Source: Toensbergia leucococca (lineage: Eukaryota). From it: DNA of 64,000 nucleotides. The notes beneath the pieces are model-generated. The model was not told where the DNA came from and ran no database searches. It saw nothing but the letters and a program-made list of their open reading frames with translations. Below, piece by piece: positions 36,716 through 49,484 of this stretch. The stretch lies in the NCBI GenBank assembly GCA_022813965.1, contig JALDZS010000116.1:1-64000 (forward strand), given 5' to 3'. Every line of letters starts with the position of its first letter. Within the stretch, counting starts at the first letter, position 1. The position numbers and the translations under genes are program-made.

Positions 36716-38430
36716 ATCCATAGACCCTCGGAATAACATTGCCAATTAATTTCGAGTTCGCCGACCTCTACCCAGTACGCTCTGATTTTCCTCGATATGA
36801 GTACGACCGCCACCACCATCCTGATTTGAGCGACTTTGCAAAGAATTTCACGAGCTTCCTTCATGGCCAGCGGTATGAGCAAGTGCATCATTGTCTTGCC
36901 CTTTGCTACGCATTTCCAGGATTCAAGAGCGCAGATTGCCTGGAGAAGTAGAGGCTACCAGCGATACTGTCAAAAGCATACCAAAGTTCTCGCCGGTCTC
37001 GTCGCAGCTACCAGGAGTTGCCAAGCATTTATCTAAGGAGAAATCAAGTAGCACAGGGTTTCGCCCCCCGTCACGGAGACACATCTGTGTAAGTAACCTG
37101 TGGTTGCCAATACAGAGGGAAGCAAAGTAGGTAGGATGCACTGGTATCCTCTTCCATGATTTCATCGGGACAACAAAGATTTTACATTCACGCTTGACGC
37201 GCTTCATCTTTAATGGCTTGAGATGTGGCTTGGGCTTTCACAACAAAAAGCACACGGGGAGGATTGCACTGAAGCGCTGAGTATGATGCATTACCATGGT
37301 CATGGTGAAGGGCTTTTCTTTGAATTAGGGAGACAATGTCTACTTGTTAGCCTTGAAGTTGATCAATACAGCTCAAAAAAATCTGCTCCCCCAAGCTGCG
37401 TACGATGGGACAATATACCATAGTGTGTCTGTCTCTGGTCTGATCTGGTCTAGATCCGAGGTGGCCTTTACTACCTGATAGGCATTTGCGATATTGCTTA
37501 GGCAGGACACACTCGGGACACCGGTCAACGCTTTCCGAATGGAGCGCCATAATCTACATGCCGCTGTTGAAGCTATAAGTCTGCATAGCCAACGTCTAAG
37601 AATCGAATCTACAAAACTCCCACTCGGCTATCGGGCTTTCGCCATGGTGACTGATTGGGGTCACATAATCATGAAAATCATTAATTACTATACCATGATG
37701 ATTCGCCATGGCCATTCAGCCATTTACCTAATCAGGCAAGGCTTACTACCAAATTCCAACAGCTGCTGCCGCATGAGCTCGGAAGCAGAGATGGACCATC
37801 CAGTCTTGAAAATCAACCTTCATGGTGCCATCTTTGTCCGCACACATCGTCAGAGCCTCCCTATGAGCGCCCTCCCCGTCAGGAACGAAGCCCGTTCATG
37901 ACTCCGAGTGTCTTTGCGAAAACCCTCAAATCGCAGCTTCTACTGGTCAGTGATTCGATCTCGAGACATAGACCTGATATGACCCTACGTCAAAGTCGCG
38001 CGATGCAACGGCTCAACGATGAGCAGGCCTCCGACTTCATTGGACCAAGATCCCGCTTCAAGCTCATAGTTCATCCTAGCGAGATCCAAAGCTCTTGATA
38101 CCAAAATCTGGAGAAAGGAGCTTTCGGAAGAGTGGATAGATACGCGCGCGTGGGTAATGAACAAAGTCTCGAACGCTCTCATGTATGCACTGCGCCGTGG
38201 GCGATGATGATGCAATTCACAGACTCACTCTAGGGGAACAACGGAGGAGTATATAGTCTGTTCATGTGTCGGCTTGTTTGCACATTATTGCATCAACAAA
38301 GCAGAAACCCTCATACTCGAAAGACATCACATCAGCCTCGAAGATCTCTCACACATCTCTACGACCAAAGAGTTTTTCATACGAATCTCTCAGAAAAAGC
38401 ACCAGCTGACATTCCAGCTAGAGAGCCAAA

Positions 38431-38642
38431 ATGTCCGACCGTAAAACCGGGACAGTCAAGTGGCTCAACGATGAAAAGGGGTATGGACTCATCACTCCTG
38501 ATGACGGTAGCGACAATCTGTTCGTGCCCTTCAGCGCGATCGAAAGCGATGGTTCAAGTCTTTGAAAGCGGACCAGGCTGTAGCGTTCATGGGTATGATG
38601 GGTAAAAAGGGTCTCGAAGCTGCGAATGTGAGGCCCCAGTAA
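38431..38642 (+). pseudogene. Cold-shock domain protein (CspA-like) pseudogene with a 1-nt frameshift
   Basis: [41 protein letters not shown], then after a frameshift [29 protein letters not shown]. Span is 212 nt, one short of 70 codons plus stop; intronless. Confidence 0.88.
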
Positions 38643-39428
38643 TTGGTGGGTGTGGAGCTGCGCTATGTGGTGCTGTGTACACGAAAGGTCTTTGGCATGG
38701 TCTGTTGGGCTTCTGATTGCCGTACGAGCATGATCGAGATAGGTGTAGATGAAAATGCAAAGTAGCTGAAAGCACCCTATCAGTCTCTAATTTACTCACG
38801 CTTTGCACTCACTCCTGATGTCAGGACTTTGTGATGCACGGAAGACGGATGCACAATGTGTTACTCATAGTAATGTATCAAGTCTGTTCCGAGGTGTTCC
38901 AATGTCGATCAGGATTGTATGGGGTCTTTCAAGTCAAGCCTGAATGAAGACCCCGCATGAATATGAGAAAAATATAGCCCATGTCCTTGGATGGACATCT
39001 GATGAATGTGATAGGATACCAGCTCCTGCGAACGTGTGTAAGACCTACGTAAACGCGAACTTCTCTGAGCCTTAGGGTTTGAATACCAATCATAATTCTT
39101 GGCTCACATGCCTTTGATGTAGTTTTCTCACAGAGCTTTTATCCAGATGACCAAACTTCCCCAGATAGATCAACTTGATCTATGCAGACGTACACTGCCT
39201 ATGCGAATGGTCATGAACGCTCTTGTACATCCATTAGCTCAAACCACAAGCATAGATACTGGCTATCATCTCTTCCCTGGGCCTACTTCAAAAGTGCATT
39301 CCCTCAACATCTCTTGACAGCCATGACGCGTCCCAGCTTTTCTCCAATCCTATCATCAGCCTAACATCATACATCGTCCCACATTCAAAGTAGCACTCTG
39401 CTTTCAAACTCGGAAATTTACCACTAAG

Positions 39429-39633
39429 ACGTCTGAGTGACAAAGCGGCACAGTCTAAGTCGGCGAATGATGATGGTGCCTTTGCCTACATCACACTCGA
39501 TGAGGGCATGGAGGCACTTCTCGCCGTCTATGCAGATATCGACATTGAAGGCTGCACCACGCTGGAAATCAATCAGGCTGTGACTTATGTCACAGTCAAC
39601 ACACTTGCAGCATTAGTCGCCAGGAACGTCTAG
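39429..39633 (+). pseudogene. Second, more decayed cold-shock domain protein relic
   Basis: ACG (lost ATG) SE*QSGTV, +1 nt, then KSANDDGAFAYITLDEGMEALLAVYADIDIEGCTTLEINQAVTYVTVNTLAALVARNV*. Colinear with the 38431 copy and the CspA pattern. Confidence 0.65.
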
Positions 39634-41183
39634 GTTCAACTGAACGCGGAATGGATACATTCTTTTCAGTCTAGAACTGTGCAAATGACCGGAGATGGTG
39701 GTCGGCAGAATTGAGCTGTGTGAATGGGAGGAGTGTGTAGAGAGAAAGCGTTGAAAAGACATGTTCATAATCTAAATGAGTCTCTTCGCTTTCTGAACCC
39801 CGTACAACATTAAAACCGATGACTTTCTAAACTTCTCCTCGGATCTCGATTTGCATGTCTTTGGGAGAATAAAAAGGAGTAAGGCAGGTCCATTATTGCT
39901 ATTGCCAATCGCAATATACTTGCGGCTTGAAGACAAGAATGATTTGCAAAGTGCTAGAAACGTTCCACGTTGATATACCAACAGTCATTGGGATATCCAA
40001 GCCAAGATAAGAATCATGGAGTTTCTCAATTCAATCCATTGGCTCGTGAGACTGAAGAAAGGTGCCTTAAAATCTTAGATTGAGTTGCTGCCCTGCAAAG
40101 CAAGACTTGATTTAAATCCAGGAATTGACGAATTGAAAAAGGGTTGGTATGAGCGAGACCTACCTTGAATTGCGGTTCAACGAGAAATCACATCAGCCTG
40201 GACGGCTTGTACTCGTAGTTTTAGATAAAAGCGTGACATGCGGCATCAGATGCCTGCCAATCTGGCTTTCACTTTCCGGCGAGGGTGCTAACTTTCGTGG
40301 TGCTTCCAAGAGAACCAATACCAGGTCTGCTCATGTTTTCTGCATTAGCCTTTTCCAAGATCAACGTTTACAAGCAATCTCACAGGCGGGTCAGCGTAGG
40401 GAGATACCTACCTAGTATCGATGAACATTAAATCGACGTCATCAGGTAACGTTCTAGTCATGTCCTCGGGTCAAAGCAGTAATTGACTGTCCAGATGCAA
40501 TGGCGTTCCTTGAACGAATGCTGAGACTGTACCCTCTTGTGTACTGATGGATTAGCGAATGTATTTGCACTTGGTCATGAACTGGCCGCCTCGGTCCCAC
40601 GCCTATGCTCGTAGAATAGGATTCTACCACTGTTGGCAGCGTCCAACGTCCAACAATGTCTGAATTTTGCATGTGTAGATAGCAGTTCCAAGCAAATTGC
40701 TTCCCAAAGAGCAGCTGCATCATGCATGTGAGCCACAACGGTGCCGAAGCTAGGAAGCATGGAGGAGGGGTAGCAGTTGAATTTATACCTCCCGTACGAG
40801 GAAAGTGGGCACGCGATCAACAATCCCATGCTGTTTTCGATCGACTGTGTAAAAGGAGCTCACCGTCTTGAGATATATTTCACTGTGCTTTCCCCCTGTT
40901 ACTGTTTATATCTTTCGTTTTGTTCCTTCTCCAACCATCGTGCCACCAGTGCCATATTCCTTCAGCCCTGCAGACTCACTTTGCCCAATTGAGCCGTAGA
41001 ACTAGAACTAGTTCTAGTGCATGCAGGAACTCGTCCTTGAATTTTGTTCCCAATGACGTTCCGCTGCACCACAGCCGAGACAACTCACAGTTAACGAATC
41101 CATCATTTGAAACAAATATTTTGCGCGACGCGTGCACTAATGTTCATTAATATTGATCAGAACCTCAACTTCTTTAGCCAGCT

Positions 41184-44034
41184 ATGGCAGCACCTGGCCG
41201 GAGCAGTGGCTTAAATCCTAATTCACAAAACAATCCGGCCTCAGACACAACTTTTAACCCTCACCGGCCTACAGAGGCTTTGATGAACACTCAATCTACC
41301 ACCGATGCAGTAACCTTGGCCCAAGGAGGTCAGCAGGCCGCCGCCAAAAGGAGGCGAAATCATCGGGGTGGAAAAAAAAAGAACCGCCGCCCGTCGTTCG
41401 CTGGAGAAGATCCCGCCAATGTTGATGGACCAAGGTCAAATCAACATTCGCTTGAGCCTCCGGCCTCTGGGGCTCCGAGGCCACCCTTCTACAAGCTGGG
41501 TCAGTCAAATGGGGGTAATTTAAGTGACACTAGTTTGGATAGTCAAGCACTGCTAGACCATAGGTGAATGGGTCACCAAATCCGTTCATCCTATTTGTAT
41601 TGACCACCATTGCTTTGCAGAGACCACCCGCCTATGCGTCCTCGCCGCGAGTCGCGCCTCACTCAAAGCGCTTTTGGCGTCCGACCAGACCAATCAAGCC
41701 ATGAAGTTGGCTCTCCTTATCGCCAACCATATTCGAATCCCTTCGTCCCGAATGAGAACCAGCATCGTCGACCACGTACGTCTCGTGCCCATAAATCGTC
41801 TGGTGGCGAGAGTGAAGGGGATGATAGATTGGCAAATGACCGGACGCCTCTACTGTCTTCGTCTCATCATGAAGAGTCAGCATTTGGACACGGCTCTGGC
41901 TTTGGAACAACTGGGAATCAAGGACGGGGAGGCATGCTAGATTCTTTGAATAGGCGCCCTTCTTCAGCTACCTCAGTCTCCAGCAAGCGGCGACGGCGCC
42001 AACTCACCCGGGAGCCATCAATGTCAGCTCCACAGCAAGACTATGATGTCAATCACCCACCCTCTGTTCCGAGCAGCCCAAAGCTTGGTCCTGAAATGGG
42101 TTATGATGATATTCTAGTGACGGGCTCATTCGCACCTAGATCTCCTGAGGATCGACGTGCAACTGTTGCTCCAATCAAAGATCATCTCATTGACATTGGC
42201 GGCGATGAGGGTGGCGATTCTGCTTTCGGAAACTCGTCTCCACCTAATCCGACGAGAGAGGCGATGGACCAGCGGAGACGAACCATTGCTTTGCCAGCGG
42301 AAGAAGACGTATGCTTTCCGATAGAAGGCATGTCTGAAATAGCAGAAGAAGATTATATGACCCAAGGCCAAGACAACCATTATCAAAACGGGCAGCGTAG
42401 GAGAAGGGTCAGGGAATGGCCGGATCTTTCGGTACTCGATGAATGGAGCAGGGAAGAAAAGGAGGTGCGGAGTGAAGGCATCCGAGCAAAGAAAACCAGT
42501 GAGCCGGTGCTTGTAGGGGGGAGATTAAGACCCCAGAAATATGGTTGGCATCGAGCCGAAGAAGATGCACCATACAGATTTACTTATTTCAATGAGGAAT
42601 TCCAGAGCACCATCCACAGTCAAACGATTTCCGAACTTCTTCAACCGGGCCAAAGCTTCAAAGATCTCTTCGTTCCTGATCCACCAGAATTAAGCGATGA
42701 GTCATCAGACGAAGAAGATCTCATCAGTCATCAAGACATGAGTGACCGTCAAGTGCCGAGTCCGGCTGGAGGCAACGATTCCTCAAGGGTTGGAACCCGG
42801 CAACCATCGATCATTAGTGAGTCACATACACGTTCAAGGGAATCAGGGGATGTTACTCCCTCACAATCCAACGGCCCGCGCCGGAAGGAGAAGTCGAAGC
42901 GATATGGTTCACGGCCAACCTTTTGGCTCGATGTCCTGTCTCCTACAGATACTGAAATGCGGGTGATATCCAAGACATTTGGGATACATCCGCTTACGGC
43001 TGAGGACATTATGATGCAAGAAGCCCGTGAGAAAGTGGAGCTTTTCCGGAATTATTATTTTGTTAATTATCGGACCTTTGAGCAAGATATGAACAATGAG
43101 GACTTCCTTGATCCGGTGAATATGTACGTCGTGGTGTTTAGAGAAGGGGTCATTAGTTTTCATTTCTCCATGACGCCGCATCCAGCAAATGTACGTCGAA
43201 GAATTCGTCAACTCAAGGACTACCTAATTCTGAGCTCGGACTGGATCTCTTACGCAATAATCGACGATATCACTGACGTGTTTGCACCGCTGATCCAATC
43301 TGTTGAAGAAGAGGTTGATGATATCGACGATGCCGTACTCCAGCTTCACTCCAGCAGTAAAGAACTTGCCAGTCAAGAAAAGGTAAAAAAGGAGAACGAG
43401 AAACGGTCCGAAGTCGGTGAGCAAAGCTCTCCGGAGTCAGGGAGTGATATGCTTCGGCGCGTTGGCGAGTGCAGAAAGAAAGTTATGGGTCTATATCGAC
43501 TTTTGGGTAACAAAGCGGACGTAATCAAGGGCTTTGCTAAAAGATGTAATGAACATTGGGAAATTGCACCACGGAGCGAGATTGGATTATATCTTGGGGA
43601 CATTCAGGATCATATTTTGACCATGACTAGTAATCTTGGTCATTACGAGACGTATGTATACTACCTTTGTATCGCTGGACTGAGGATATTTACTAGACAA
43701 CAGATTGCTCTCCCGCGCTCATTCTAATTATCTTGCCCAGATCAACATCCGCATGAACGAGCGCCAGGAACAAACGGCCGATGTTCTGGGAAAGCTGACT
43801 GTTTTGGGTACGATTGTGCTACCTATGAACATCATCACAGGTATGTGGGGAATGAACGTCTTGGTTCCCGGTCAGGACGTGCATAATCTCTATTGGTTTT
43901 GGTCAAGTGAGTACAAGCCCGAAAGGGAATGCTTTTTGCTTCCTTGCTGACTTGCTCGATTAGTCACTGCCGGCTTGATCGTCTTCGGAGTTTCGTGCTT
44001 TTTCATAGCGAAGAGGGTTTATGGCATCGTCTGA
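41184..44034 (+). CDS. MNR2: CorA-family Mg2+ transporter (Mnr2/Alr type), 3 introns
   Basis: FWLDVLSPT, FGIHPLTAEDI, REKVELFRNYY, YLGDIQDH, SRAHSNYLAQINI, VLGKLTVLGTIVLPMNIITGMWGMN (GMN motif). The C-terminal wording is closer to Mnr2 than Alr1. Confidence 0.88.
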
Positions 44035-44522
44035 TTTCGGGGGATAGATGGGAGGGGGAGTGTTGGGAATAGACTGCGAAACTGTGAAGGCATTTGGTTG
44101 TATTCAAAGAGCGTATGTATCAGAAGAGAAAAGATATTGTACATATCTAATCAAGGAAGTCAATGAGGAAACTCTAGTTGTGATAGCCGTCATCGTCTCA
44201 AAGACAGCGTTCTTCCTTCTCCCGGGCAAACCTGCATGTTATGACCCTGACGAATTCGTATAATTCTCATTCTTCGACCCCACCACACCCTCCCGGCTGC
44301 TAAAAGGTGAATAAACCAAAATCTGTAAACCCGAAAATCTGAAACGTGAACGATCATCATCACACACACAAACTCAACTCACCCTACACCACATCCCCCC
44401 AATCCACCAAACCCCACAAACCCAATCCCCCCCCAAACCACTCTGAACCACCACTCCACAAACCCCCGCCGCCCCCACCAACCCTCCCAAAAAAAACCAA
44501 AAAAAAAAAACAAAGGAGAAAA

Positions 44523-45145
44523 ATGCCACCCCCCTCCCCCCTCACAATCTCCACCTCGGCAATAACCCGCCTCCTCCACGAACAAAAATCCTACAGCACC
44601 GAACTCGCGACCCAAGAAGCCCGCGTGCGGAAACTGGAGCTCGAATTGCAGAAGAAGACGTCGGAGGAGCGTGAGGGTGGAGAGGATGAGGGGGGGAATG
44701 AGGCGTTTAGGTTGGGGCAGGAGGTTTGTTTTATCTTTTCTTTTTTTTGTTTTGTTTTTTTTGGAGGGGGTGTGTAGGGGGAGAGGGAGTGTGGGGGTAT
44801 TTTTGGTTTTTTGGTTCTTTTGGGAGGGATGGAGGGTGGCTGACGCTTTGAACGGGGGGGGGGTAGAAACGAGCGGTTCTGGAGACGAAGGCTGTGTTTG
44901 GGACGTTGAGGGAGAGGGTGCTGGAGGCTGTGGGGAGGTGTGAGGGGGTTTTGGTTTGTTGTTTTTCTCTCTTTTTTCTCTTTTTTCTCTTTTTTTTTTT
45001 TTTTTGAGAATGTGAGGAGTGGTGCGGATGAGGGGGCTGACTCTTCTTGTGTTTGGTTTTGGTGTAGGCGGATAGTGGGCATGGGAAATGGGATGAGGAG
45101 GTTCGGAGGGCCAGGGAGGCGATTCGGAGGGCGAAGGGGGAGTGA
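44523..45145 (+). CDS. RBL2: Tubulin-binding cofactor A (Rbl2/TBCA), 2 introns
   Basis: MPPPSPLTISTSAITRLLHEQKSYSTEL...NEAFRLGQE|KRAVLETKAVFGTLRERVLEAVG|...EEVRRAREAIRRAKGE*. Second intron boundaries are uncertain. Confidence 0.8.
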
Positions 45146-45263
45146 GGAGGGGCTTGGGGATGGTTGGGGCGGGTTGAGACTTGGGGTTGGGAGGGCGATT
45201 AGGACTGGACTTTATACAGAGGTTGTGGTCGGCTTGGAGCTCTTAAATTACTGGGTTGGTGAA

Positions 45264-46395
45264 TCATGTGACATCCATCCGATCCTCCTTTCCATTCCCC
45301 TCGATTACACTTTCATCCTCCTCGCCCTCTTCCCTTTCGTCCTCGTCCTTGTCGTCTGCGACTAGACCCTCGGCTGGTGCTGCGATAGGCGCATCGTTCC
45401 CGACAGAGACTTCGCCGTCTTCGGCCATGGTGGCATCTTCGCCTTCTTCGGGAGGCGTCTTGCCCGCCATTTGTGATAGGGGCAGAGGCGATTTTTCTCC
45501 GAGCGGGGAGTGCGATTCGACTTGGAGGGTTTCGGAGTCCAGATTTGTGTGCATGGGAGTTGCACCGCGGGTATCATGTCTCGGAGTTGCGGGCCCGCTA
45601 CTTCTGCCCCTCTGAGATGCGCTTTCGCCCTCGTCAGCGTCCTCCCTTTCCTCCATGCCCTCTCTCCGCTCCACCTCCTCCTTTTCGTCTCGAATTAGCC
45701 TCCTCAACTGCATGCCCTCCTCGATGATCTTCCCGAACTGCAGCCTCCTCTCCGCCCACGTATGCGTATACTCGTGACTCTCCCTCTCTAGTTCCGCAAT
45801 CTCAGCATTCAGCTTGTCGAGATTGGCGTGCTGGTCCTCCCTCGGTCTCAGCAGCCGATTACTCGTAATCTTCTCTGCTAGCTCATCATACGTCTTGCGG
45901 AGCGCAAGCGTCTTTTGCGCTTCTTCCAACTGCACCCTCAACTCCATGGTATTATCCCGGACAGCTTGCGCGGTGGCTTGGATTTTTAATTTTTCCGCAG
46001 CGTAGCGTTCGCGTTCTTTAAGGTTGGAGGTGAGCAGGAATTGGATGCGGAGGATACTGCTTTCGAACGCGGCAAAGTCGAGGAGGACGTCTTGGCGCCA
46101 TTGGAGCCGCGAGGAGCTCTGGGCGGCCTTTTCAGATTCGTAGGCTGCGGCGGCTTCATCGGCGGCGGACGCGTCGGGTGGTGGGGTTGGGGGAAGGATT
46201 GGCGGGCCGGAGATGGGGGTGTTTGGGGTCAAAAGACGTTTGGTTATGCGTTTGAAGGGCTTTTCTTCGACATTGAGGAGGCGGGATTTATGGAGCGTGT
46301 CTGGTAGGTTGGTTGTTAGCATCGTGGGTTACTGGGAGGTTTGGGGGATCGCTCGCACCTTCTTCGGCTTGATCGAGTAGATTATAAGGAACCAT
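45264..46395 (-). CDS. THOC7: THO complex subunit 7 (THOC7/Mft1-like); intron 46301..46358
   Basis: MVPYNLLDQAEE|DTLHKSRLLNVEEKPFKRITKRL; coiled coil LRVQLEEAQKTLALRKTYDELAEKI; WAERRLQF. Confidence 0.85.
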
Positions 46396-46758
46396 GTCAC
46401 AGTACTGTAATAGCAGACTAAATGTGTACCATGTCAAATACAGCAGTATGTTGAATTGTTGATAGACTCTCATGGAATCCTTACAGCTGGTACAGCGTTA
46501 AGGGCTAGAATGAAGTCGCCATGCCCAAATGCATAAAATTATGAAAGCTAGAATCGAGGAATATCTCCCGAAAGCTGTGTTGTTGCACATGCTCTTTGTC
46601 GTCTTGTCCGGATTGTGTCCAACTTCGTTATTGCATGTCATCGGTAAACTTTCATCATGAACGAGCGCCCAATATAGACTGGAAAAATTATAGAGGCTTG
46701 ATATTTCGACTTTTGGTACGGAGTATATGACTGGATACAATTTTCTATTTTTGCTGTA

Positions 46759-47986
46759 ATGCCTGCCACGCCGCTATTTCAGTCAGTCCAAAGGGCATGT
46801 ATAAGGAACATCAAATGTAACGTCCTCGAACGAATGTTTCCATTCCCATAGGCTGAAGATTGTAGCAATTACTGACATTGGCGAAATGCCCTACGAAATT
46901 GCACGACCGATACTGATCAAGCTCGAGAACCCAGAACAACTGGTGAGTTCACCTCATCAAATTTCGGATGACATGTACTCATAAAGTCCCTAGAGAGAAC
47001 TCGAAAAAGCATCGCCACAAATATGCGGGCTCGATGCCGAAATCTGGAGGGAGTTCATAAAAAGGGATATCCCGAATTGGGAAAGCAAACCTCATGAACC
47101 TAAGAATCCTGTGAATTGGTATAAAGTTTATCGGAAGTTGCGATTAGAAAGTCAGAGAGAAGTCGACAAAGACGCCGAGATCCTCAAAGCAGCAATGGAA
47201 GGAATCAAAACAGAGCGGGCAAAACACACTTCCAAGGTCGTCGATCAAAAGTCCATGCCTCGATTACCCAGAATGGGAATGCGAGCAGAAGGAAGAGCGA
47301 GAACGACGGCCGGCTCTTCGGGGAATACCTCTCTACTCAGTTTCTCATCTGGATCAAAAACAAAAACCCTCACTGGCAAAGGCGTGATCGATAGAGCTCG
47401 TAGAGAGGCTAGAGAAATGAGCCTCTTTAGTGCAAGAAACTCTCTACTAGCCACGCCTACTCACAAACTTAACAATCAAGCTACTCACATACATACCGCA
47501 CCACGAAGCTTACTCCAGGAACACAGACAACCAGCAGCTCCGACCTATCTTGATCCTAACGTCAAACGAACCACTATCTTTGCACCACGGAAACGCAGTG
47601 CGCCGAGCGAAGTGCCGGGCGCAGGCGGAACAAGTAACGAGGGAAGAGACAGGAGGCTCAAGGCTCTCACCAAGCCTAGCATTATTGCGCCGAGCGAAGA
47701 ACGGGGTGTCGGCGGTATAAGCAACGAGGAGCGAGAGCGAAGGCTCAAGGCCTTCACCAATCCACGCTCTGTTACTCAAGTTCCGTTACCCTTCACATCA
47801 GGACCCCAAAATAGGTCTATCCTGTCGCCACCATCAGAAAGCATCAGCCCAGCTTCTCCGCGTCCCGAGTATAAGGTACCAAGGTCTAAGCCACTGAGCC
47901 CTGACGGAAAATCAATTCGACCTCATAAGAGGCCGAAGCCTCCCGTCAATCCCTTTATGCCTAACAAGAAGCCAAGACTGTCATGA
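46759..47986 (+). CDS. ELA1: Elongin A (RNA polymerase II transcription factor SIII subunit A3), 2 introns
   Basis: BC-box-like N-terminus (PLFQSVQRAC), DIGEMPYEIARPILIKLENPEQL|RELEKASPQI, IWREFIKRD, NWYKVYRKL. Confidence 0.85.
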
Positions 47987-48409
47987 AATTTCTAGGCATC
48001 ATCAATTCATGTCATGTTGTTAATTCTTAGCAAGGCGCTATGCGGCGTTACAGGTCCGAATATTCACGAACATTGGGAAGATGTATGACAACGATTTTGG
48101 AGGCGGCCAAAACGAAAATGGCCATAATGAAGTCAAACTTTATAAGCGTCTATTATGTAATTCAATTGTGGACCAAGTACCCTAAATACTACTACTGGCG
48201 TTAGACAGAAGTTGTGATCTAGAAAAATACATCCAATGTGTAAATTGTGAACGTTTCACTCCTAGACCCTATTCATGAGTGACATTGTGATTAGTCCATC
48301 TAGGTATCCCCCCCTAATCGTGACCCTAGTATCCTCATCGATCGTAGCATAACGCCATAAGTATCATCTTCCATCTCACTTTCACTCCCTGCCCTTATCC
48401 TCGATGAAC

Positions 48410-48836
48410 TCAAATACCCCCTCGCAGTGCCAAAACTAAATGAAGGGTTGCTCCACCCTCGAGGTCGTACTCAGCCGCAGTCTTATCGTCAACCCTGGAG
48501 CGACGTCAGTACTCGGATTAGTATGCTTAGAAGATAGCTTTTACATTTGCTTGCCACCGAAGATCAGCCGTTGTTGTACTGGTGGTATACCCTCTTTCTC
48601 TTCGACGCGCTCTTTGATTCTTGAGACCTGATAGATGCCTCAGTGAGTGTTCAAAGGGTGGCAGCTAAGATGATCGGAGAGGTAAATTTGGGAGGGGCTG
48701 CAGAAATCGGGCGACGCACCTTGTAATCGGGTTCGATGTCGAGCTCGATCTCCTTGCCGGTCAGGGTTCGTACTCTGGGAGGAGATTAGCGGGGAAGCGG
48801 GTGCTAGATAGGGTGGGGGATTGACTTGATGTTCAT
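48410..48836 (-). CDS. NEDD8: Ubiquitin-like protein NEDD8/Rub1, 3 introns (absent from the ORF track)
   Basis: Spliced translation [83 protein letters not shown] with Ala72 is typical of NEDD8. Confidence 0.95.
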
Positions 48837-48949
48837 TTTGTGAAGCAGGTCCGTGAGATGAGGGTTGTGAGATGTGGGAGGCTGCTGAGGCTGCTGGACC
48901 TGCTGGCTATTCGCAGGGCTATGATGTACCTAGCTCGCCTGGGTATCGG

Positions 48950-49484
48950 TACAACCTTAAGTGCATGAAGTGTTGTCCATTAATTGCACAATACCTAAGC
49001 TTAATTCAATGTCTCTACCAATGTGTGCACAGTTTCTTTTCGTGTACATTCAGTCCCTAAGTAATTCATAACAAAACCCTGGTGTAAGATGCATATGCAA
49101 ATTAAAGATGGCACATGAACCATGGTACCTTGATGCATATGAACACAGCAGGAAGTATGAAGCAACCCAGTCAAACCTATCAATTAACGAGACCTGCAGC
49201 GATCTTCTTATGATCTTCATTTTTCTAACGATTTGTCATTGCTCAGAACTAGAAAATCACTCGTGGTGCTGCTTTCCTTTTTCTGATCAGTTCTCCTCGG
49301 CGATTTAAATTGTTGTTACTTGACACGATTTGATGGAACACTAAGTACACCTGTTAGAACACGCATTTGTACAACAGCTTTGATTTGTTGTATTTCTTTG
49401 TTATGGTTCAACAGTCCATTGAAATTAATGTACTTCATGCAAGGAACAGATGAAGCTATGCATACTGCATGCACCTTGGTTGTA
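48950..49484. mobile_element. Possible degenerate TA-flanked DNA transposon relic (Tc1/mariner-like MITE)
   Basis: Left end tacaaccttaagtgcatgaagt vs reverse complement of right end tacaaccaaggtgcatgcagt; TA at both ends; AT-rich interior poor in CpG. Confidence 0.45.

Noticed and set aside
36800..36850. HHHPDLS as the catalytic HxD loop of the phosphotransferase relic
   Set aside because: The flanking residues do not fit the expected N-x-x-V...IIDWE context.
407..47986. Apparent cluster of mRNA transcription/export genes (NAB2, MED14, SRC1, THOC7, Elongin A)
   Set aside because: They are spread over ~47 kb and interleaved with unrelated genes, as expected by chance in a housekeeping region.
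46759..48836. Elongin A adjacent to NEDD8 (both linked to cullin-RING ligases)
   Set aside because: Convergent orientation with no shared promoter; no evidence of co-regulation in the sequence.
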